Below are positions 27,783 through 41,441 of a stretch of 64,000 bases of DNA, piece after piece; position 1 is the stretch's first letter, and every line of letters begins with the position of its first letter. A program made the translations under genes and the position numbers. This DNA is from Octopus vulgaris (taxonomy: Eukaryota). The DNA lies in assembly GCA_951406725.2 (NCBI GenBank), contig OX597817.1, forward strand, positions 64,170,001 through 64,234,000. Reading direction: 5' to 3'. The notes beneath the pieces were generated by a model, which was not told the DNA's origin, ran no database searches, and saw only the letters and a program-made list of their open reading frames with translations.

Positions 27783-28177
27783 ATGTCAGCTGGTTCTCCA
27801 GCTAACTGTGAGAGATTTTCCTGGCAGTCTGTTCCATCCCTTTTGTCTTTATGTATTAACTTCGTAGCTGACAATTTGGACTTGGTTGAATCATTCCAAC
27901 ACTTTCCTGACCTTCTTGGTAAAGAAATCTTCCTTGCTGCCGAACGCAATGAACAATTTGCTCGACCAGATCCCACTGTTATCCAACGTCTTGAACTCTT
28001 TTCCAAAGCCTTCAGTACTGAATTTCTACAGAGTTTATATTTAAGTCGAGAACATCTGCTGGTGAACTATTTGTCTGATGATTTCCTTCTGTTTGCTGGT
28101 GTGCAATCCTTGAACCTCAGCCACTGTGGATTATCTGATGACCATGAAATTTTATACAAATTGAGTTGTTTCACTAA
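27783..28177 (+). CDS. LRRC42: LRRC42 coding exon 1 (exon probably begins at the 27701 acceptor)
   Basis: Track ORF 27783..28181; in-frame stops upstream; donor AA|GTAAGT at 28178. Confidence 0.9.
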
Positions 28178-31100
28178 GTAAGTTCATTACATTTTTCTAT
28201 CTATATTAAAGTTTGTGTTTTCAGTTAACCACTTTTGAACATTTTATTCAAACCACTACATTTTAAATTATATTTAATCTATGTACTTAGATAAAATTCA
28301 AGAAAGAATATAAGAATTCCTCTCTGTAGTAACTCAATCTGTGAATTGTACCAGGTGTCTTATTCCAAAATGTGTAGTACACTGATTAGATTTGAACCAG
28401 GAATCTTATTTTCTAAGCTAAAAATTAACATCAGTATCTTAGTGGATAAGAACCAATTAAAATATAGTATAGATATAAATACTGAGGTAAAAAAAAAAAT
28501 CTATCACCTCTAAAGATGAGGTTAATTAGTCTGGAAATGGTAATCTTATTAATAGCGTAACAGACATTTAATAAAGTTTTCATTAACTGTTTCAGCTTGA
28601 ATACTCTATCACTTCAAGATAATGCCTTAACAAGCCGCGGTTTGCAGAAACTGACTTTACCATTGCGGATGTTCAACCGAGGACCAAAATTACTTAAGGC
28701 TCTTGATCTTTCAGGTATCTCTCCCTTTTGCCTTTTTTTAAAAAAAATTTTTTTCTCTTTAAATTTCACATCTTTGAAATTAAATTTTCTCTGTCTTTTT
28801 ATCTTTTTTGCTTTTCTAATGAGTTTTCCATGCTAGCTTGATTTGAATTTTTTCACAATTATTTTCTTTAGACCAAGCAATAAATTTCTGTTGTTAGATG
28901 GTTTACTGATCATGTTGCAAATATTTGGTGTAGATTTGTCCTGCAGATATTCACATGGGTCAAAATTCTCAGAGGCCCTACAAAGTTGATGGGTGCTTCT
29001 CTCTTGACTAACTTTGAAAAAAAAAAAAAAAAAAAAAAAGAACTTTTATTTTAGGGACCATCATCATCATTGTTTAAGTCCATTTTCCATGCTGGCATGG
29101 GATGGATGGTTTGATATGGTGCTGGCCAACCAGAGAGCTGTCCAGACTGCAGTTGTATGTTGTGGCATGGTTTCTATGTGTGGATACCCTTCCTAATGCC
29201 AACCACTTTACAGAGTGTGCTGGGTGCTCTTTATATGCCACCAGTACAGGAGCACTTTCACAGCACTGGTACCTGTAAAGGACAAGCCAGCAAATATTTA
29301 TATTAATTATCTGGCATCAATGTTGGAAGGTGAAATCAATACAGGCAGTGTTTGAAAATGTAACATAAAGGGACAAAGTGAAATTGTTTTATCTTGAGCT
29401 TTGTCACCCATTTATTTTGGCCTAATAAATGTTTCCATAAATATTAGAAATGAACAACACCATGTGTGAAACTCATTTACAACTGTCACATGATGTTAAG
29501 ACAAGGAGACAAATTCACATGATGAGCTTCTTTCAGTTTCCATCAGGCTGTCAAATCCACTCACATGGCTTTCGTTACCTGGGTTGTAGTAGAAGACACT
29601 TGCCCAAGGTGCCATGCAATGCAACTGTGAACCTAAAGCCATATGATTGGGAAAGAAACTTCTCAACCATGCAGCCACACTTGCGCTTAATATTTTTTCA
29701 TATACATTTTGTGAACAATAGTTATGTGTCCAATGGACCATATCACTGGTTCACTGCACTTACAATAGCTGGAGTGACAGTGTTCCTGTGTAAGTAATTT
29801 AGAATAAATATTGAGGTATTTTGTTTGAATCTGCTTGTTTATTGATCTTCTTGCAAGCATGAACATTTTTTTCACAAATATGTATTGCAAAACTTATGTA
29901 TATACACTTCTGCAGTTTCCATAGCATTTTACATCTGATAATTGCAGCCAATATGGGGTATGTTTATATTCTTTGCTTTTGTTGATATCACATCTGTCTA
30001 CAGTTGCAAGCTATCTTGTACTTACCACTTTCAACCATGCAACTATTATAGCTACATATATCACACACAGACTTAAATGAACTCACTGGACCTGCAACAT
30101 GTATTCACTCAATTAGCCCAAATCATTCACTCATATACTCTCCCTCACATTTATCCACCTACCAACTGCTGCCAAGATAGCCCTTTACATGGTCACTCTA
30201 CCTGCTGCAAATAACTGCCAAATCTCCCTCAATTTTCACCCTACTGTACAGTGAAAAGGGAACAGCATATATAGAATGATGTTGCCAAAGATACATAATG
30301 CTGGATAGGAAAAAAACTGTGTGATCACAATTGGAACACCTTTGATCATTGGTCTGCTCCATTAGCGGTCACCTGGTCCTAAACAGCAATTTGCAAATAG
30401 TTTCTCACTTTGTGCTATACATTTTTACTCTTGACCATTCATATTCATCAAATCTCTTGTTCCAGCACAGACTAAATTTGCTTACTTTTATGATTTATTT
30501 ATATTTCCTAGAAAACCCTGAATTAACAATCCATGGTATTCGCTACTTGAAAGCTTACCCTTTGCTTTGTGTTCTTAACCTCTCTAATACAGCAATTAGT
30601 GTGAGTATTTTTTTACTTGTTTCTTTTTTATCTATTATTTATTTCATTGATTGGACTGTGGCCATACTGGGGCACCACCTTGAAGGTTTCTAGTCAAACA
30701 AATCGATTCCAGTACTCATGTTCTTTTAAATAATATTACCTTGCTTAAAAACTAGTTAGGGTTAGCAATAAGAAGGCATCCATCCATATAAAACCTATCT
30801 CTATAAAAATCCATCTGACCCATGCGAAAATCCTTCTGATCCATGGAAAAATGGATGTTAAAACGATGATTATAGTGAATTCTCTCTCACACTTTGTTTC
30901 ACTCTATTCACAGAAAAATGATACCAAGCTGCAATTACTGTCAATGAAAGTGTGTATTCCAGAGGAAGGTGTATCTGGTGGACTAGATAGCTGTTTTCGT
31001 TTACAGACTGAAGGCTGGGCAAGCAATGTAATCAATACTTGGTTGACTTGGTATAACAACAAGAGCAAACGACCTCGGTTGGGAGAAAATTCTTTCTGTA

Positions 31101-32947
31101 AGTATAACCCCCACCCCCATCCCACCCTCTTGCTTGGAATGTAACTTAATTGTATTACTTAACATCAAGCCAACTCTTAATGAGCAATGGTATTCCAACC
31201 TGTCAGTTCTTAATTGGTGTTAGTGTCTTCCTACATACATCAAAGAACTGTCTCATTGATACATTTTGGCCAGCCAAACCAATCTAAAATGGAAGATTTA
31301 AGTGAAACAGGATTTTTTAAACCAAGAGGTTTTATACCACTTTTTATCTATGAACCCATTTGATTACTATTTTATTCTGGTGGACCCCCATGCCATTTGA
31401 TATTTAAAAATAATTTTATTGAAACTTTCTTTCAAAATTTTGTTTTTTCATTCATAGGTCGAACTCTGTAAGATGTTAAAGAAACCTAGCTGTTTCTTGC
31501 AATGCATACATCTAAAGCAAAAATTTTTCATTGACCCTTAAAATACAATCATGGATCCCCAATTTACTATTTTGTTGTATGAATCCCCCAAAATTTGATA
31601 TGGACCCTAGTTGAGAACCACTATTTTAACCCATGTAAGAGACCCATTGGATCAATTGTCCAAGTCAGTATTTATTCGATGTTACTGAATAGGTGAAGGC
31701 ACATGGCCTAGTGGTTTGGGTGTTGCACTCCTAATTACGAGATCATGGTTTCAGTTCTTGGAGTGAGTGGTGCATTGTGTTCTTGAGCAAAATACTTCAT
31801 CTTATGTTGCTCTGTAATCACTTTGACACATGATGTGTGGTACATCAAGCACTTGTTCAGGCAACATTGATTTGATGGCAGGAATGAGCTGATGTATACA
31901 GCACATACATTTGATCACTTATAAACAAATCATTTGTGCAGTTGTCTTTGGTGGGAGATTCCGTCATGATTGGATTAGTTGTCCATGTCCTCTGACTTGT
32001 TGGGAATTCTCTCTGAAGATTACATTGCTTATATAAGACAGTACGACGTAAATCATTTGTAGAGAGTGCTGTTTTTATTTAAGTAATTTTCATAAGTCTG
32101 CGAGATATCATATAGGTTTGATTTTTTTTTTTTTTTTTTTTTTTTTTGTTTTGTAAGATGTGTAACATCTATTTTGGTTTTGATTATATTTTCGAGTGTA
32201 CAAATTTATGTACCATTCCAGAATACATTACTTCATCTGGAATTATTTCCCTTAGTTGGAGTTGTCTCCCTTCTTACATTTTTAATTTGAATGGAGGCGT
32301 GCATGTTTGTGTGTATATATTTTGGAGGCATCGCCTTGAAGAAGTTTAGTTGAGCGGATTGAACCCAGTACTTAATTTTCTTTAAAAGCCTGGCACTAGT
32401 TCTATTGATCTTTTTTGTCAAGCTGTGGTGGCGAACAAACATAAACGCACACACGCGACATGCTTCATCCAGTTCCTATCTACCAGATCCAATCACAAGG
32501 CTTTGGTTGGTTCAGAGCTATTGTAGGAAACATTAGTTCAAGATGTCATGCTATGAGTTTGAACCAAAGCTATGTGGTTGCAAAGTGAGCTTCTTAACCA
32601 CACAGCCATATCTGTGTGTATAGCTGCATTAATCTCGCTTCTTTGCAATGGTCATGGACTCTGCCTCTTCTTTCCTGAATATCTTAACATAAGAACAAAA
32701 AACTCACTTTGTTAATGGTTTTGAAAAGGATGAATGTCATTCAATTTCATTTTTCTCTCTTATAAAAAAACCTTATGTTTCCCCATTGGCATAATAAATA
32801 AATAAATAAATGATGATGATAAAGAAGGGTTATAAATATTTCTGTTTCTTTGTATTTTATTCAGATTCAAAGCAGAGGTTAAAATTTCGACTGACCAAAT
32901 GTGAATCCTACACCAAACCAAGATACCAATTGATTTTGAAGAAGTGA
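27783..32947 (+). CDS. LRRC42: Leucine-rich repeat-containing protein 42; join(27783..28177, 28596..28714, 30512..30600, 30914..31097, 32865..32947), 289 aa
   Basis: Five phase-compatible GT-AG exons (870 nt). Segments SLLSLCINFVADNLDLVESFQHFP, LNLSHCGLSDDHEIL, LSLQDNALTSRGLQKLTLPLRMFNRG, LDLSENPELT, TEGWA and FY parallel recalled vertebrate LRRC42. AATAAA at 32980-32985. Confidence 0.9.
28596..28714 (+). CDS. LRRC42: LRRC42 coding exon 2
   Basis: tttcag acceptor; LRR segment LNTLSLQDNALT...LKALDLS; donor CAG|GTATCT. Confidence 0.9.
30512..30600 (+). CDS. LRRC42: LRRC42 coding exon 3
   Basis: ttcctag acceptor; encodes (E)NPELTIHGIRYLKAYPLLCVLNLSNTAIS; donor GTGAGT. Confidence 0.9.
30914..31097 (+). 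CDS. LRRC42: LRRC42 coding exon 4
   Basis: ttcacag acceptor; contains ...LQTEGWASNVINTW...; donor T|GTAAGT. Confidence 0.88.
32865..32947 (+). CDS. LRRC42: LRRC42 terminal coding exon
   Basis: ttattcag acceptor; encodes (Y)SKQRLKFRLTKCESYTKPRYQLILKK*; polyA signal about 33 nt downstream. Confidence 0.8.
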
Positions 32948-34149
32948 AATTTGATTCATTGCTCTACTTTTGTATTTATAATAAATAACATTAATAATAT
33001 TAACAATAACAGTAATTATATTCTGCTGAACTGTTTTACTCTTTCATTTCTTTTCTTTGCTTATTTCCATTTTTTTTTAAATTTTAATTTTTTCTTGATT
33101 ATCAAGAAGCAGAGCAAATGACTCCAGTTATAGGTCCAAACTATGTTGGTACTTCATATCCTGCCTCTGTTGGTGAATTGTTTGTGATAAAGATAGTTAA
33201 CTTCAATAAGCTCAATTCATCTACTTGTAAATAGACACTTCAATGTAGAAGTTGTTCATTACAATAGGCACTAGCTACACTGTAAATTTCGCAAATGTCT
33301 TGCTGGCTTGCATAGAGTGTTCCACAATTTTATCACTGAAATGTCACTTGAGATAGACTGGTATCTTGTACAGATGAGACGTGTTTCTCATCTGTTTAAT
33401 TCTGTAGAAACTGGAGGTACTCTTCAACTTGGGGTGGGTGAATATGTCTGTTGGTGAAAGGGTGTTTGTCTTTGGTTTGTAGCATATGATTGCATAACCT
33501 TATGTAAATTTTAGTAATTCTTTTATTTTTATATTTTTTAATTTGTTCTCCAGCTCTCTTATTTATATTTTTTTAAAAGTTACTGTTGAGTTGGCTCATG
33601 TCAGTTTCTGATTGAGTAGACCCATAACACATGTATTGCCAATCGAATAACTAGGTTTAACCTAAAGTTCTACTGTTCCAGTTATCCAAGCTTCCACCTG
33701 GCTGAGGATCATACTGCACTGACATGCTGTAGTTGGTTGTATGGTGTGCAGTGTTGCAGTCTGGACATGTTTTTGCTTTTCATTATCCACTCTATATACA
33801 TAGACTTATAGATTCTAATAAACTGACTTGGTAGTTAAGAGCTGAAGTTTACTACATTGAATTCTGTTGTACAGAGAGTATGACACAATTCCAAGCAAAA
33901 TTGACTGATTCCTTGGCTGCTATAAAGGAAGTGTTACTGTTTCATGTTTGAGTGTGACTAGACATTCATAGTATATCTATTTGTAAAAGTACTGCAAATC
34001 TTGTCATTTGTGGAACAATATAACTCATGTACATGATGGAGTAGGATTGTAAACTTCTTTCATTATTAATTCTGATGAATTAAGATGTTGCTAGACACCA
34101 GGTGCTGGTAGAGCATTGTAGAAACCAGGGCTGGCAAGCATATCAGGTA

Positions 34150-35400
34150 ATTGGAGTAGGCTGCTGGGATTTTGTGGAACTTTCATTATTCAAAGCTCTG
34201 ACTGGACAAGGAGATAACTAGTCCAGCAAAAGAGGGTTATAAATTCCTGCCTCCATGAATTAGGCCACCTAGCTAACAGACACTACTGACTACCTCACTA
34301 GAACTTTGGATTTTGTAAGGAATTTACTGGTGCTCTAAGGACCCCTTTACTTCAATACAACTACAATGAGCAAAGTCTTTATTCATGATATCTGTGACCT
34401 CATAGGATTTTTTTTACTTGATGTCTTAAGTTCCTGTCAACTTTGGTCTATATAGGGTTGATGCTTTAGCCATTTCTAGTGGCATGAACAGGCACACTCA
34501 GGACAGACTTAGGAAAGACCTGATTCACACCCATAACTCTCTTAGGCTTAAGGTTATCATTGAGGCCAACCTTACCTTAGTAAATTTCTTAGATGAAATA
34601 GTTGATTTTTAGCACTGGTTCAAATAGGTCACACTGCAAACCTAATGAAAGGCTGGCATATATCAATGTGGCTACCTGCTGATAGTCTTTAAAAATCTTG
34701 TAAACAATGTCAGTAAGAGTGTTGAACCTATCCTTGAATAGACTTTTTTTTTAAGCAGCAGTCTTCCCTGCCCATTACAAGGCCCAAAAACTAACAGTTT
34801 TAAGGACTGCTTCAGTTATATGCCTAAATCTAAAGCCCACAAAATAAAGCAATGTTGTAAAGTTTTATGGTTTACCACACCTCCATGGAAAGGTCTTCCT
34901 TAGATTAGTAGATTCATTTAGTATCATAAGCATAAAAGACTATTCAAGACATACCTTAAGTGTCTCACAGCTGTGTCAAAAAGACATTAGTGAACATGCC
35001 AAAACCCTGTGCAGAGGTAAGTTGCACTTGTAGGATTAGCACGGAGTGCCCAGTGAATGGTCAATGTGACACTGTTCTATGAGGTAAATGTGGTGGTGTC
35101 CAACAACAGAGCAATACATACACAACAAATATATTGGAACAATGGCAAGCTTCTCTAAGGCCATAATAAATAACTGCAGGTCCTATTTAAGAAAAAAAAT
35201 TGCACCATGTTACATTAACCAGCTATATATACCAATTAAAGGAGAAAAAGATACCATTCAAAATTAAATGGAAGCAGATGATGCAAACTTTGTTTAGCTG
35301 AGAAGAGAGTAATCCTAAAAAAAATTCTCACAATCTGGGTTCTTTCTTGAACTCAGTGAAATTTTAGTCACTACTTTTCTGATAGAAAATTTATTTTGAA
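34150..35400 (+). mobile_element. Highly decayed Penelope-like element (Naiad-like RT plus GIY-YIG)
   Basis: Fragmentary peptides LKVIIEANLTLVNFLD, KPNERLAYIN, CTCRISTECPVNGQC, YIGT and CKLCLAEKRVI. Confidence 0.65.
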
Positions 35401-36390
35401 ACTAGGTCTTCCCTTTTTGCAGACTAGAAAATATGGAAAAGAAAAAAATAGGCATGCTTGTCTAACCCCACTTCAGCCATGACTGGAATTGTAAAACAAG
35501 AGGAACTCTCCCCTCCCTCTCAGAAAAGGGGTTTTAGTTCCATTATTTTTTTTTTATCACTGAGCTAACCAAGACTAACTCCAACATTAAAGAGGATATG
35601 TGCTTCTGGCCAAGATGTCTGATGAGTTGTCAGTATTGTCAAGTGCAATAGTAGATACAGATCCAATGATAACTTTGCAACTAGTTATATTCCATAACCA
35701 GGAATGTACTAAATAATAATATAAATTGATGTGTATAGAAGCTGTGTAGTATCAACTCGGGACATGTTTTCATCTTTGTAGACCTCTTCAGTGAAGTTTA
35801 GTAGCTGTGACTGTAGATGTTGGGGTTTTGTAATTGAAAACTGAATGGCATTATAAATTAAGGGACTGACTGAGGAAAATGCCCAAAGACTTATTGTCTG
35901 AAAGCTGAAAAGTAAAGTGGCAAGCTGAGATGCAAACTTGGTATAAGAGGAATCAGTTGAAGTATGCTAGAATGAAGACTGCATTGGTCATTGGTATAGA
36001 CATATAGCATGCATGGATAATAGAAGTACCAGGAGACCCAAATGAAGGAGACAGTGGAAGAAGTAGACATGTATTTAAGTGGTGAAAACTGAACTCAGGA
36101 TGCTGAACTTCATAATAAAGGTGACAAAAGAATGCAACAAATGCTGAGACATGATACATCCAACTTGTACAAATATGGGAAAGTAGATGTAAAAAAGATG
36201 ACATGGTTATGTGGTTAAGATTGCTTTCCAACCATGTGGTCTTAGGTTCAGTCAATGTGCAGTAGTTTGGTCAAGAACCTTCTACTATAGACCAAAGCCT
36301 TGTGAATGGATTTAGTAGATGGAAACTGAAAGAGGCCCATTGTGTGTGTATGTATATATATATATGCACACACATACTCATGCATATATA

Positions 36391-36960
36391 TATTGGATCA
36401 TCCCATAAATAATGCAAGTTTTCTTTATACTTCATTTATCTTTCAAAATTAAGAATCTAAAATATAATCTCCTTCATTTCCTACATTGCTCTGCAATCTA
36501 TCTGGTAGATTTGTAAGGCTTCTCTTCCAAAATTCATTTGTCCATGAAAAATACTCCCAGTACTGCTCTGATGTTGTCTACAGAATTCCTATTTTTTCTG
36601 TTCGAATGATTTTGAAGACTGCAGAAGAAATGATAATCAGATGGAGCAATGTCCAGTGAATATAGTGGATGAGGCATTGTTTCCCATTCAAACTTCTCCA
36701 GCCTTTGGAATGTCATCCTTGCTGTATGTGACCGAGCATTATTATCCTGATGGAAGAACACTTTTCATCTTGAAACCAAAGATGGTTGGTTTCTTATGGT
36801 ATGCAGGTGTTGATGAATGGTTGAATGACCAAATCCAAGCTTCTCTGCTAGTTCTTCAACAGTTATGATGGAATTTTGTTCTTCCAGGGCTTGCAGGATG
36901 TCCTTGTTGAGCTCTACAAATCTTCCAGGATGAGGCTCTAGTTTCCAGCTTGATTTTGAA
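36391..36960 (-). mobile_element. Mariner (DD34D) transposase relic with one terminal inverted repeat
   Basis: HQDNNARSH...HPLYSLDIAPSDYHFF motif; TA plus TIR-like ttggatcatcccataaataatgc at 36391. Confidence 0.88.
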
Positions 36961-37559
36961 GACTTATTTAATGTTTCATTAAATAGCTACTCAGTTTCTC
37001 ATTTCTACCTGTAAGAAATTGAGTATTGACAGTCACTCATCAGTTTTACAAACATGTTTTAGAAATGTCACAAGTAACATACCTATTTAATTAAACTGCA
37101 CATGGTTTAACTATAAGAAAAAATATGGAAAAATAACACAAAAGTATATGAAAGCTGAAATCAGAGAAACCAGATCTAAGTTAGTTGGCCCCATGACATC
37201 AGTTGCCATTAATTTATGTGTGCTGTGTACTTGCTTTAAATTGGATGATGTAAATATATGCGCCCATATTTGCTGCATTATTGTGCCTGTTTGTGTACCA
37301 GTTAGCATAAATATCCACTATCACTCATGGAATTGATAATAGAATTGCAAATTTCAAGGAATCTGTTTGTTAGACTCGTCATGTAAATATTTCCAACTCA
37401 GTTCGAGACTTCATTACCATAATAGTATAAAAGCAGTAGTTTTAGCGGTTATGCCACCATTTCATATACGGTGTGTCAGTCGTCTGGTGCAGCCTACAGC
37501 TATACTTGAAATTATAAGATGCACATTGGAGAAGAAAATCGGACATTCCAGTGTCCACG

Positions 37560-38320
37560 AACGTTGTTTTGTCACTCAAAGATGCATTGTTGGACAAAGG
37601 ATAGAACATTTGTATAGACAACTGATTTTCCAGTCCCAATCTATTTCTTCAGCTGTAGACGAGGAAGACAAATACCTGAGGAACTGTGCGCACCTTCAGA
37701 TAAATCATGCTGCCGAAACATCACCCTGGGAAACTTCGCAGAGGCGAAACTGTATCCTGCTCCACTGATAGTGGAATTATGACATTGGTATGGAGAGACA
37801 AGAAAAATGTTTCTTTGCTGGCATGTCTGACACTGGCAAATAAGATTGGGACTAGAAATCCAGTATTGAAACCAACTGCGGTGTTGGTGTACGATCACGC
37901 GTTGGGCAATGTTAACCGTTCTCATTAACTGGTGTTAACACGCAAATTTGTGAAATAGTATCAGACATTTTTCTTATTCGTGGTAGACATGACGCCAGTA
38001 AATTCGTTTTTGTAATGGTTGATGCTTGATGATGATGATGATGATGTGTGTGTGTGTGGGTGCCAACTTTCTGTGAGTTACTTATGAAAGAAATGATAGA
38101 AGTTTTGGATTTTCCACCATACCAATCACGGAGGCATCTACACACCGCTCCTTCCTCATGCTGAATCATCAAGGGACTTGGACATTTCATCACTCCAATT
38201 CCGCCTACTGACAAAAAGAAGAAAGTGTCAAAATTATGTGCTGTGCGCAGTGCACAGGCGCCGCAAGGATACAAGATATATATGCACAGACTGTCATATC
38301 CCATTATGTATTGCACTATT
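37560..38320 (+). mobile_element. piggyBac-type transposase pseudogene fragments
   Basis: IDN*FSSPNLF, GTVR, LVWRDKKNVSLL, KPTAVLVYDHALGNVNRS and a C-terminal Cys-rich segment (RKDTRYICTDCHIPLC). Confidence 0.82.
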
Positions 38321-38499
38321 TTTAGATTTACCTTATCAAAGTTAATTTTTGATGTTTTGTTAAGTCAATATACACTATTTGTTTGACCTATGTTGTCGAG
38401 TGATCTTATTTCTGATACTGCAGGAGCGTTCTGCCCAGCAATGACAGTTTATATAAATAAACAGTGCATGCTTTAAAGCGGTTGATGTAAATGTATACC

Positions 38500-41441
38500 T
38501 ATAGGGCACTCCCCAAGGATTTATGTCAGATGAACTGTAGACAAGAACTTCACTGCAGGTTAGCTGAGATGCTGGTCTGCGGCGAAATTGACTTCAGGCT
38601 AAGCAGCCATCTACGAAGCAGGAGTTGACTGGTAGGTGTTGCCCTCATGTGTTCTACGAAATGAATCTTTCACTAATACATTCTAGTCCTCTGTTAAATT
38701 TTTTGTGTATAGCTTAGATAAAGCTATAACTGGTGACCCCATAAAAGAACAACACCTTTCGCTTCACTCATCGAAGTAAACAGAAAATCAAAGAAACATA
38801 GCAAGCAATCACACAACAACGCTGAAGCTACCACAATTCTGGTCAAAGAGGGCTGAGCTATGGTTCGCGCAGGCGGAAGCACAATTTGACACACACAAGA
38901 TAACTTCAGATTTAACGAAATATTCGTGGGGAGTAGCAGCACTAGATGAGGACACGGCAACAAGGGTGCTGGGCACTTTAACCCAACCTCCAGCAACCCA
39001 TAAATACACCATGTTAAAAGACAGGCTGATGGATACATTCCGGTGGAGCGACCGAGAAGCTGCAGCCAAGATACTGGAGGAAGAATCAGGCGATTCCAAG
39101 CCTTCAGAGTTGATAGACAAGATGCAGGCATTAGTTCATCCTGGTGAGTCGCCTTCCTTTTTGTTTAGGGAAATATTCCTCCGCTAGTTACCACCCCAGG
39201 CCCTCATAACTCAGAATGAGATCAAGGATTTGCGGTAGTTAGTGAAAGCAGCTGACAAACATTTTTTATCAATTCCATTAGGTTGGTCCTGAGACATGGT
39301 AGATTTAAGTAAGACGACCTGTGCTTCTTCCACACAAAGATTGTAAAAAAAGGCTACGAAGTGCAAACAACCAAATATATATATATATCTTCAGGACCCC
39401 TTGGCCATCGGATCCAGGAAACTCCAGGGCTAGCCGCCATTGAATACCCTGGTGGCCGGCAAACACGATCAATTGTTGCTCTATGTCCGTGATCAGCACT
39501 CCAGACGTAGCTTTCTAATCAACACAGGAGCAGAAGTCAGATTGATCACAGCATTGGCAAGGGACCTCCGTTATGGAAAGCAGGGCCAACCATTAATGGC
39601 TGTCAATGGTTCCATAATCAAGGCATATGATCGCCGCATCCTTTCTCTCAACATCAGCTCTCAAAAATACACATGGGCATTCACCACCGCCGATGTCCAT
39701 CAGCGTATTATCGGGCAGACTTTTTCAAGTACGTTTGCTACTGGTTGGTCTGTAGGGGAGACGACTCATCAACAGCAACACACTTCCGTGTCTTTGGCAA
39801 CAAATGTAAATGCCGCCTCCCGCTTAGTAACTGTCTCTCAGACCGAGAACGAATTCTTGAATCTCCTCGTGAGTCGCTCCAATCTCACTACTCTTCCATT
39901 GAGAGACACACCACATCTTCACCCCCGGCCCCCAGTGCAAAACCGCACACTTCTATCACCAGACAAACTTGCTATCGCAAAGGCCGAGTTTGACAATATG
40001 GAAGCGCTGGGAATAGTTCGCCAATCAAGCAGTCCTTGGTTGTCGCCCCTGCTTGTGGCACCAAAACCCAACTGAGGTTGGTGGTCTTGCGGAGATTACC
40101 ACCATCTCAACGTAGACACAACACTCGACAGCAATCCCACATACAGGACTTCACAGACTGTCCCATACAGGTACTAGAGCCGTACGGTGCCTGCTGTCAA
40201 GCAAATTTATCTGGCACAGTATGGCCAAGCAAATTTAGGAGAGGACTAAGACCGGCATCCCCTGTCAACAAGCCAAAGTTCATCAACACACAAAAGCACC
40301 CCTCGGCAACTATGAACCACCACAAGCCCATTTCTGCCATGTCAACATTGACCTTGTCAGCCCCCTACCACTTACACGGAGTCACTCGTACCTATGGCCT
40401 GAGACTATTCCTCTCCGCAGCATAGAAACACAAGAAGTCAACCGAGCCTTCATCACAAACTAGGTTACTCGTTTCGGTGTCCCAGACAGCATCTAATCAG
40501 ACCGGGATCCACAATTCACCCCAAAGCTGTGGAATGACATGTGTGATCTTTTTGGAATCACAATGAAGCGCACAAGAGCCTACAGGCCAACGGGTTAGAG
40601 GAGAGATTTAACCACAGTCTGAGGGAATCCCTGACAACCGGACTAAACAGGCCCAGTTCGATTGATTAACTTCCATGGGTGATGCTGGGAATCTGCACTG
40701 CTCCAAGGGAAACTTTCAACACTTCTTCCGGGGAAATGCTGTATGGTAACTCTCTTATAATGCCAAGAGAGTTCCTTCCAAACATGAAGTCAAACCCAGA
40801 TGTCAAAAGGTAACTCGCGCAACTGAGACAGTGTGGGCTAGTTGCACCCTATTCCCATATCACCACATGATACGCCTAGATCATCTGTACCAAATGATCA
40901 ACCGCACGGCTAACTTTGTGTTCATTCAACATGACACAAAACGAAAACCCCTCCAATCACCATACAATGGCCTTTATGGAATCATATGTCTGGGCGACAA
41001 ATCATTCCAACTCCTAATAGGCGAACGACAAGACACAGTTTCCATCGATAGGTTGAAACCAGCTCATCTCGATATTGACAGCCCCGTTCAAGTAGCTCAA
41101 CCACCAAACAGAGGCTGCCCCAGGCAAATCACATCAATCCTTAGCAAGGAACAGTCACCAAAGTGCCGAGTAACCATATGCACGGGAAGGGCAGCTAAAA
41201 CACCTTCCCGGTTCCAATGGCAGTCAACAGTTCGGGGTGGGGGAGCTATATGTAGGGCACTGCCTAGGGATTTATGACAGATGAACTGTAGACAGGAACT
41301 TCACTGCGAGCTAGCTAGGGAACTGGTCTACGGCGAAGTTGACTGGCGGCTGTCTCTCTCATGTGTTCAACTAAATACAGCTTTCACTAACACATTCTGG
41401 GTTTCCGTTAATTTTTTGTGTATAGCTTAACTAAAGCGATA
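38500..41441 (+). mobile_element. Internally deleted Ty3/Gypsy LTR retrotransposon with both LTRs
   Basis: LTRs at about 38500-38728 and 41251-41441; PBS TGGTGACCCC at 38731; PPT GGGGTGGGGGAG at 41234. gag (WFAQAEAQF, KPSEL), protease (FLINTGAEV), RT start (SSSPWLSPL) and integrase C-terminus (LQSPYNG, VSIDRLKPA). Confidence 0.92.
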
